A stretch of 32,461 nt of DNA from the NCBI GenBank assembly GCA_032718475.1, contig JAUCBJ010008393.1, positions 1 through 32,461 of the forward strand, in the 5' to 3' direction. This document shows, piece after piece, positions 23,900 to 32,461 of this stretch. This DNA comes from Nemertoderma westbladi. Lineage: Eukaryota; Animalia; Xenacoelomorpha. Numbering within the stretch: the first letter of the stretch is position 1; each line of letters begins with the position of its first letter. The translations under genes were made by a program, and so were the position numbers. The notes beneath the pieces were generated by a model. It did not search any database, was not told the DNA's origin, and was given only the letters and a program-made list of their open reading frames with translations.

Positions 23900-24510
23900 A
23901 GCCCAAAATGGAGAGTTATTAAGACCACTCCCTTCAATGCGCAGCTGTATAATTATTACATTGAGGGAGCCCAAGCTGCTGTTGCAAGCAAGCCATTTTA
24001 CCTAGCCTGCCAAAGTATGGTCAAGCTCTTGCTGTCTGGGTATAAGATGTGCACTTTTCGTTTCGCTGAGGAGTGAATAGAAATACTTGATAAGTACAAC
24101 CAGCCCCTACTGCTCAAGTTGTTGGATAAACGATTCATTTATGATGAATAAACAGCCTTTGCAAATATTCACATTCGTGTCAATGATCAACTGAACTACT
24201 TTATGTACAATGATCTTCAAGAGAATTACCACGCTATATATCTCTGTGTTGCCTTCGGAGGTTGTTATCTTTGGAGGATGTTTCTGCCTGTTATCTTTAA
24301 TTCAGACTCCACTGATGTATGTTCAGCATACTTTCATTATATGGGATTCCTGATGAAATTATTGCAGCAATGAGGTAAGTATATGAAGGTTCCACGACAT
24401 TTGTGTCTACTGTTGATGGTGACACAAATATATTCGAAGTTTTATGGAGAGTCCTCCAGGGAGACACACTTGCACCATTCTTACTCATAATGGTGGTTGA
24501 CTATGCTGTT
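23900..24510 (+). pseudogene. Decayed RTE-like LINE reverse transcriptase fragment
   Basis: 24330-24510 reads LYGIPDEIIAAMR*VYEGS...DGDT..F.....VLQGDTLAPFL...VVDYA. The 5' boundary is uncertain. Confidence 0.75.
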
Positions 24511-24625
24511 TAATAAATTATTATAATTCAAACCACATGCAAACCAAAATTTTAATAAACAAATTATTTCCAAAACAGCAATAACACATATAACGAGAAA
24601 ACCAGCCACCATTGGTTGAAATTTA

Positions 24626-25806
24626 CTAACTACGACTATATCTAAAAGTAAACACAGCCACCAAACAGAAAATAAAAGGCAACCCCAACAGACTGATAAG
24701 CGAACATGCAGCTTCCATTCCAAAGTAATCATTTAGAAATCCACCAAAAATGGGACCTATAATTGATCCAATAGTGAAATTCGAAGCATCTGTTGAAGAA
24801 AAGACCTGGTGTCGACGTTGTCAGGGTAGCCACAAACGTTCACAGACAGTCGTGTTTGTGTTTCTAAAGCAGGGGTTAGATATAAACCACATCCGAATCC
24901 AAGTAGAGCACATCCAGTGATAGAAATTGCGAGATAATGAGGTAACCCTAGTACTTCTGTAGGGCCAATTAGTTGCATGGACACTGCTATTATCATTAAA
25001 CCAATTACAGATGGTATGACAGTATGCTTCAATTTCTTTATCATTATGGCCATGACTGGACCAATGAAACTTTCAACAGCTGGAAATATTATGTAAATAC
25101 GACCAATATTGTATTGGTTCATATTGTACTCATGAAAAACGTATGCAGCATAGTTCGCAACAGCAAATTGTGAAAGTATATTGTAATAAATGGTCAAAAT
25201 AAATATAGTTTTATTGCTGGATTCCTCAGAACTCCAATATAAGTTAGCCTGACTTCATTTGATTCACATCTGTCATGAAGATAAGCTGGTGAATCTATCC
25301 AGCAGTAAAGGACAATAATGAGAAACATCAAACCCGATATTATAAATGGGAATTCAAAACCCAATGATGCAAAAATGGTTGAACCAAAAACTGGTGCTAC
25401 CATGAATCCTAAGTTGCCACTAACAACTGCTAGACTAGCTAATATACTTCTTTGTGTCGGCCATAATTCCATCAATAGACTGAATGAATATATGTAACTA
25501 ATGTTGAGTCCAACAGCTTCGATGATGCGAAGTGAAAAACAAGCAAAAATATATAATACATTGTTAGTATTAGGGATATATTCTACAAACCCATAAGCTA
25601 ACTGGGAAACTGCCCCAATAATGCCAAATAGACCCAAAGAGATACGAGTTCCCCAATTGTTAATAGAGTGAGGGCAAGTAATGTAGATTACAAGCCTGAC
25701 AGTGGCAAATGTCGCCAGTAATGCACCAATCAAAGTCTTCGACCAGTCCCGGTCGTCCACAACAATTGGGTAGAAGGACTCAAGTAGATTCTGACACCAA
25801 CCTGGT
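24626..25806 (-). pseudogene. Tandem paralog of the MFS transporter, 5'-truncated and frameshifted
   Basis: About 24516-25806 repeats about 25826-27122, including the 3' flank. It lacks the first about 42 codons and has a 1-nt deletion near 25212 and a 4-nt deletion near 24773. Confidence 0.9.
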
Positions 25807-25935
25807 TCATTCTTACAGACAATAGAATTATTATAAATCAAACCACATGCAAACCAAAATATTAATAAACAAATTATTTCCAAAACAGCAATAACACATA
25901 AAACGAGCAAACCAGCCACCATTGGTTGAAATTTA

Positions 25936-27246
25936 CTAACTACGACTATATCTAAAAGTAAACACAGCCACCAAACAGAAAAGAAAAGGCAACCCCAACA
26001 AACTGAGAAGCGAGCATGCAGCTTCCATTCCAAAGTAATCATTGAGAAATCCACCAAAAATGGGACCTATAATTGATCCAATAGATAGTGAAATTCGAAG
26101 CATCTGTTGAAGAAGAGATCTAGTGTCAACATTATCTTGATAACCACAAACATTCACAGACAATCGTGTTTGGGTTTCTAAAGCAGGGGTTAGATATAAA
26201 CCACATCCGAATCCAAGTAGAGCACATCCAGTGATAGAAATTGCGAGATAATGAGGTAACCCTAGTACTTCTGTAGGGCCAATTAGTTGCATGGACACTG
26301 CTATTATCATTAAACCAATTACAGATGGTATGACAGTATGCTTCAATTTCATTATCGTTGTGGACATGATTAGACCATTGAAACTTACAAAAGCTGGAAA
26401 TATTATGTAAATACGACCAATACTATACTGGCTCACATTGTATTCATGAAAAACGTATGCAGCATAGTTCGCAACAGCAAATTGTGAAAGTAAATTGTAA
26501 TAAATGGTCAAAATAAATATAAGTGTTATTGCTGGATTCTTCAGAAGTCCAATATAAGTTGGTCTGACTTCTTTCGATTCACATCTGTCATGAAGATAAG
26601 CTGGTGACTCTATCCAGCAGTAAAGGACAATAATGAGAAACATCAAACCCGATATTATAAATGGGAATTCAAAACCCAATGATGCAAAAATGGTTGAACC
26701 AAAAACTGGTGCTACCATGAATCCTAAGTTGCCACTAACAACTGCTAGACTAGCTAATATAGTTCTTTGTGTCGGCCACAATTCCATCAATAGACTGAAT
26801 GAATACATGTAACTAATGTTGAGTCCAACAGCTTCGATGATGCGAAGTGAAAAACAAGCAAAAATATATAATACATTGTTAGTATTAGGGATATATTCTA
26901 CAAACCCATAAGCTAACTGGGAAACTGCCCCAATAATGCCAAATAGACCCAAAGAGATACGAGTTCCCCAATTGTTAATAGAGTGAGGGCAAGTAATGTA
27001 GATTACAAGTCTGACAGTGGCAAATGTCGCCAGTAATGCACCAATCAAAGTCTTCGACCAGTCCCGGTCTTCCACAACAATTGGGTAGAAGGACTCCAAT
27101 AGATTGTGACACCAACCAGGTATCATTTGATATAACAGCAGCATGGTCACTAGCACATAAAGTCTCCACCCCTTTCGATGACTATCTTCTTTGGCACATA
27201 TTTTATTGGTTTCATTTGTGAAAATCTGAGACTTTTCATCTGACAT
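25936..27246 (-). CDS. Intronless 436-aa MFS transporter, SLC18B1-like
   Basis: Twelve hydrophobic segments in a 6+6 layout; motifs LRIIEAVG, LGFMVAPVFGS, GFEFPF and IGSIIGPIFGG; start context AAAATG. The subfamily call is by recognition, not a search. Confidence 0.85.
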   Translation of the reverse strand: MSDEKSQIFTNETNKICAKEDSHRKGWRLYVLVTMLLLYQMIPGWCHNLLESFYPIVVEDRDWSKTLIGALLATFATVRLVIYITCPHSINNWGTRISLGLFGIIGAVSQLAYGFVEYIPNTNNVLYIFACFSLRIIEAVGLNISYMYSFSLLMELWPTQRTILASLAVVSGNLGFMVAPVFGSTIFASLGFEFPFIISGLMFLIIVLYCWIESPAYLHDRCESKEVRPTYIGLLKNPAITLIFILTIYYNLLSQFAVANYAAYVFHEYNVSQYSIGRIYIIFPAFVSFNGLIMSTTIMKLKHTVIPSVIGLMIIAVSMQLIGPTEVLGLPHYLAISITGCALLGFGCGLYLTPALETQTRLSVNVCGYQDNVDTRSLLQQMLRISLSIGSIIGPIFGGFLNDYFGMEAACSLLSLLGLPFLFCLVAVFTFRYSRS

Positions 27247-27513
27247 TTTGCAGAAAATTTAGTGTATCTATATTTATGTTTGTTTAATTTAATATTATTT
27301 GTAATAGGATGGCAACAAGGAACTAAAATCGATCTACATTACATAATTAATACTTATATTGGCGTCTAATGTAGTTATATTATTTTAAATTATTTGTTCT
27401 TACAGATCTAACTCTTATAAATGTGGCACCAACAAACTAAACATATTTCACTTAAAAGAATTATCCTCGTCTGTTTATGAATATATAAATAAATATTTAT
27501 ATTTGCAATATAG

Positions 27514-27916
27514 AACTGACAATGCTGTAAAGGATTCTTATACAGTAGAAGTTCAAAACAGCTTTGAAGCACTTCAGTCAATGGATGAAGACCAATCCAC
27601 CGATTTAATATACCAGAATATAATAACAGCCCACAAGGAATCAGCTAAGATGCATATCCCCCAGAAACCCAAACGAAAACAGTATGTGCCATGGCAAAAC
27701 TCTGGGGTTACTTGTAAGAGAGAAGATCTTAAGATAGCCTACAAAGTTAAAGCCGAACAACCAACAACCGAAAACATTAACAAGGTTGAGAAAGCTAAGG
27801 ACGATCTTAAATTGGCCTACAACATCAGCCAGGAAAAGTACATACAGGATAAAACTGAAGCAATTACAACTGCTCACATACAGCAACAATCAAGACTTAC
27901 CTGGCAAACTGTAAAT
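27514..27916 (+). pseudogene. LINE ORF linker between endonuclease and RT
   Basis: YTVEVQNSFEALQ...IPQKPKRKQYVPW...QSRLTWQTVN. Confidence 0.7.
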
Positions 27917-27917
27917 G

Positions 27918-29149
27918 GGTGTTCGGACACTTCCCCCCCGGACAGTTCCCCCCCGCTCAAGTAGGACACTTCCCCCCCGGACACTTCCCCCCCAGACACT
28001 TCCCCCCCGCGGACACTTCCCCCCCGCGGACACTTCCCCCCCGACTGATCTTAACTTCGCACATTCGTATTTTTCATTTTGTAAGGTAAACGGACCGTTT
28101 GTATCCAGATAAGTTGTATCCAATTTTCCTTTCGTAGCTCAGAAAGTGATCTTTTGCATCCCGATTTTACATTTTATATCCAAGTTTTATTTATGGGTTT
28201 TATCAATGCAATTACATCGTATTGTTTGCTAATCTTTAAACAATTAATTATATTAGATGACCTATAAATTCCATCCCCGGAATTATATACTGCTTTTATT
28301 AACTATAGAATTATAATAATTAATTGTTTTAATTATAGGTATTATTACGTAATAGTCTTCTTCAAATTGTAGCAGATGGGGATGAATATTATTGTTGCAA
28401 TCAAAATTATACCTCTCCAGGGTAAAATCGACATGCGTCGACCTGTATTCTGTGTTCAGCATTACATATTGATATACATATTACTATACATACTATATAG
28501 ATATTATACACACTACATATTAAATTTCCTGGTTACTTGCAATATTTTTAATAGGATTTTGTTGAATTATGTAATATTGTAGTAATTTATATATTAAATT
28601 GGTTAACATTCAATACAGCTCCTACTTTAGGCTTAGTCAATTTATTATCTGATGATACAAACATGAATTAATTATTTCAAAGTGGTCTTAAGTCTTTCAC
28701 CACGGGCACTCAGGGAAATGCCGGGGTCTAGGGGCGATAACCCCCAATAAAAGAAGTGGGGGTTTGGGGGCGGCAGCCCCCAAGAAAAGAAGCGGGGGTT
28801 TGGGGGCGGCAGCCCCCAAGAAAAGAAGCGGGGGTTTGGGGGCGGCAGCCCCCAATTAAAAGAAATTAAAAGAATTAAAGGAATTAAAAGAAAAACAAAC
28901 AAAATTTGACTATAAAAATTTTTCTTTTATAATTTTGAAAAAACTTGTCTAGATACAACTTGTCCTGTAACCATCTTTAACTTTTGTTTATTGCTTTGAA
29001 GCACCCAGATTAATTTTAACACTTTAACTGGGGGGAAGTGTCCGGGGGGCAAGTGTCCGGGGGGGAAGTGTCCTACTTGGGCGGGGGGGAAGTGTCCGGG
29101 GGGGAAGTGTCCGGGGGGGAAGTGTCCGGGGGGGAAGTGTCCTATATCC
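27918..29149. mobile_element. Foldback/MULE-like non-autonomous element with inverted arrays of GGACACTTCCCCCCC
   Basis: Roughly 15-bp tandem units at 27925-28043 and their reverse complement at 29030-29142; both ends read GG-N5-GGAC. No TSD seen. Confidence 0.65.
28722..28855. repeat. 36-bp minisatellite GAAAAGAAGCGGGGGTTTGGGGGCGGCAGCCCCCAA, about 3.7 copies
   Basis: Read directly; the intact units carry a TTGGGGGC/GCCCCCAA hairpin. Confidence 0.9.
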
Positions 29150-29493
29150 GTAGTGGAGGGATGAGTCAGTGTCCAACCCAATGCGACCTTTACTAATGTT
29201 AGTAAAGGTCGCGCCTTTGGTCCAATCATTGTGTAGATGTCTATAGATTCCTGATAGGCTTACTGCAGTTAATTGGTGCCTCAGATAGATATTGGATAGT
29301 TCCAACTTCCAAGGCTGCTTGCTATCACCATACTTACCTGTCTGGCACCTTTAACCCCCTACCCCTGTTAAGAGTAGTCAGTTTTCAGTATATGTTACTA
29401 TTAGTATTCAGGAGAGATTTAGAAGTTTATTAGTCATTATAAACTACCCCGAGACGGCAGGGCTTACATTGCATCATTGCTTTATTATATTAT

Positions 29494-29790
29494 ATAAGCT
29501 TGACACTAGAACAAAATCGCCTCCGCTTTGCAGGACATTGCTTTCGCCGTGAGGACCAGCCAGTGCATAATCTTGTACTTTGGCAGCCTCATGGAGTGAA
29601 TAAGCATGGTGGACAGCCCATGACTTTCTTGAGACGCATCTTAAAGGACACTGGCCTTAAAGATGCGGATGATCTAGCAAATGTCATGGGTGATAGGGAG
29701 TTGTGGCGGTGCAATTTTGTTGACAAGCCGGCACAGCATTCTTAAAAATGCAGCTGCAATGCAGCATGCCGATCCTAGTAGTAGTAGTAG
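29494..29790 (+). mobile_element. Short 3' fragment of a second RTE-type LINE with its own TSD
   Basis: RLRFAGHCFR...LVLWQP...MGDRELWR; (TAG)5 tail at 29776-29790; 12-bp TSD TTATTATATTAT at 29482-29493 and 29791-29802. Confidence 0.88.
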
Positions 29791-31012
29791 TTATTATATT
29801 ATCAATTTAGGGAAAGGAGCAGGTTACAGTGGCATGTTATTTTAACCAAAACAATAAACTAAACAAAACAGTTTACAGTTTTATTTTTGAGAGTAATCAG
29901 CTGTTATTTACGTCGAATTTCCCCTGGAGAGGGATGAATTTTTATTGCATCCAGTTCCCCCCCCCCCCCCCCCCCCCCCTATCTGGCTTTATAATATTAC
30001 AATTTCCGGCTCAAATAAATTTGGTGCATACTACAGGTACCTCCTATTTTCTACACATTAATAACCTTACCACCGATTTTAATCTCCCGATCCTTAATAC
30101 CGATTTTTTTTTCATTTCATCTAGAGCAACATTTCATCAGAATTCCAAATCTGAAGTCTGTTTGTTCATAGCTTGTTCCGTTATCGAAATATCGTTTATT
30201 GTTTTGGTTAGAAAAGCCGGCAGCCTCTGTAATCTGCTCCTTTCCTTCAAATGGTATCAGACACTTATTTTCAATAATTTTGCCATTTAATGAAAACAAG
30301 TTACTTTATTTCACTAATAAATTTGTAAAACTTTTAGAGAGAAAGCAGTTTTTTCAAATAGTATATAATTATTAAATTGTATTTCTTACCTTATAGATAA
30401 TTAATTAATTTTTGATTGGGCTGTGTATGGCATTTTCTCACCTATTAAATATAAATTGTAAATGTAATACAGTATGTACATGTAATTGAATTAATGTATA
30501 TTTAATGTTACATCTATTATATTGAAATATAAATGGCTATATTTTATGATGCAATAAATTGAATTATTATTGGTTTCATTTAATTTTTAGTGTAATGTAA
30601 TCTAATGTTATTATTTTCTTTCTAGCTGGCCTTATTGTTAAAAATATTCGGAAATAATTGTATAATTATTAATTTTGTTATCAAACTTCATCAAATCTTC
30701 ACTTCACTTCATCAAACTACCAATTTTGTTATCTGAATTTCCGGTATAGGTGCCACATTTTCTATTATAATTTAATATTTATGTAAAATAATGATTTAAT
30801 TAAGTTTTGTAAAATTAGTTGTTGCTTCTTATAGAAATTATATCCATTATTGTCAATAAACAATATATTACAGTATGCTTAATAGTTTTTCGTTCACACA
30901 CATTAAAAATGTGTATCAAATTCACCCCCCCCCCCCCCCCCCCCCCCTCCCACTCATACAATTTGCCATGGCGAGTGACTGTGCCGCCCAGTAAAAAATT
31001 CTTAAAAGAGGC

Positions 31013-32289
31013 TATGCCAACAAACTATCGTGGGATCTGTCTGCTTGTGGTAGCTGCCAAAATATACAATAAAATGATTCTATATAGGATTAGGCCTCAC
31101 ATAGAGAAACTACTGCGTAAGAGCCAAAACAGATTTCGACCAAGTAGATCAACAATAGCTCAGATACTTGCACTACGGAGACTGATTGAAGGAATTAAGT
31201 CAAAGAATCTCCCCGCAGTCATGACTTTTGTGGACTTCAAGAAGGCATTCGACTCCATCCATAGAGGTAAAATGCTTGAAATCCTAAGAGCTTATGGAAT
31301 ACCAGAAATAATTGTTGCTGGCATTGGATTGTTATATTGTGACACAGAAGTGCAGGTACTCCTCTCACCAGATGGTGAAACTGAGTTTTTCTCTCAATCC
31401 TGGCTGGCGTACTGCAATGTGACACATTAGCACCATTACTATTTGTAATTGTGCTGGATTACGCAATGAGGACGGCCACAAAGGGTGAAGATCAGGGATT
31501 CACACTTCAAGAACGCAGAAGTAGTAGATATCCGGCAACAACAGACACAAACACCGACTTTGCGGATGACATCGCCCTGCTCTCTAATACGCTAGCAGAT
31601 GCACAGCTTCTACTAAATAAAGTGGAGAGGGCTGCTAAGGAGGTTGGATTGCATATAAATGCTACCAAGACCGAATTCATAACCTGTAATGTTGATGGAA
31701 ACTTGACAACCATTGATAGTAATCAACTAAGGAAGGTCGATGACTTCCAGTACTTTGGATCATGGATAGAGAGTAGCAAAAAGGACGTAGAAGTTAGGAA
31801 AGCAAAGGCTTGGGTAGCTCTATCAAAAATGGATACCATCTGATAATCAGATATCTCCAGGCACCTGAAGACTAAGTTCTTTCGAGCCACAGTGGAAAGT
31901 GTATTTTTATACGGGGGTGAGACCTGGACACTGAACAACGAATTGATGGTTGCTACACAAGACTACTAAGGGCAGCCCTAAACATCAGCTGGAAACAACA
32001 CATGACAAACGCTGAGCTTTATGGTACAATACCACCTGTATCAACCACCCTCTGTGAACGCAGATTAAGATTCAGTGGGCACTGCTGGCGAAGTAAAGAC
32101 GAGGTCATACCAGATCTACTTCTCTGGCAACCAACTCATGGAAAGCATAGTCGTGGACGACCGGCCATAACATATATAGATCAACTTGAAAGGGATACTG
32201 AACTTGGGAGAAACGAAATTGCGACAACTATGGAGAATCGGGAAGCCTGGAAGGATCTCAGTACCACTGTCCGAGTTCGCTCGACCTAG
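31013..32289 (+). pseudogene. RTE-type LINE reverse transcriptase and C-terminus, disrupted
   Basis: NYRGICLL, FVDFKKAFDSI, GVLQCDTLAP (after a frameshift near 31390), DFADDIALL, stop at 31841, LYGGETW, RLRFSGHCWR. Confidence 0.9.
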
Positions 32290-32461
32290 TAGTAGTATTT
32301 GCAATATAGTTGTGCAATATACATACTGTATACACACAGAGGTACGTTGATAAAACAATATATATGTAATCAATAATAATGATACAATTTGTACTTATTA
32401 CTCGTTTCAACTTTATATAATTTTATTAATTTATTATTATTAATACTTTGCATTTTAACAT

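Larger units (their letters stand above)
27514..32295 (+). mobile_element. 5'-truncated RTE-type LINE with its interior replaced by other insertions
   Basis: 14-bp TSD TATTTGCAATATAG at 27500-27513 and 32296-32309; linker coding region 27514-27916; RT 31013-32289; (TAG)n tail. Confidence 0.85.

Overview
Eukaryotic (animal-like, probably invertebrate) DNA made up mostly of nested and decayed transposable elements around one host gene. No prokaryotic features, RNA genes or CRISPR arrays were seen. Left to right: (1) a BEL/Pao gag-protease region split by a young full-length Ty3/Gypsy (Mag-like) element (591-6127; 301-bp LTRs with 1 mismatch; TSD ATAGG); (2) minisatellite and MITE-like debris, a 153-bp satellite ending in a Transib-like CACAGTG terminus, and a decayed BEL; (3) a young full-length minus-strand BEL/Pao element (16845-23418; 252-bp LTRs with 2 mismatches; TSD GCTCT); (4) an intronless 12-TM MFS transporter (SLC18B1-like) with a tandem, 5'-truncated, mosaic paralog; (5) an RTE-type LINE bounded by a 14-bp TSD, with its middle replaced by about 3.1 kb of other elements. 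I cannot show a clearly new biological system. The best leads are the strong excess of TA-flanked palindromes (TACCGGTA, TAGGCCTA, TACWGTA), including in-frame copies within retroelement ORFs; the single in-frame stop in each young LTR element; and a 9-of-9 nonsynonymous patch between the MFS paralogs. All alignments and counts were made by eye.
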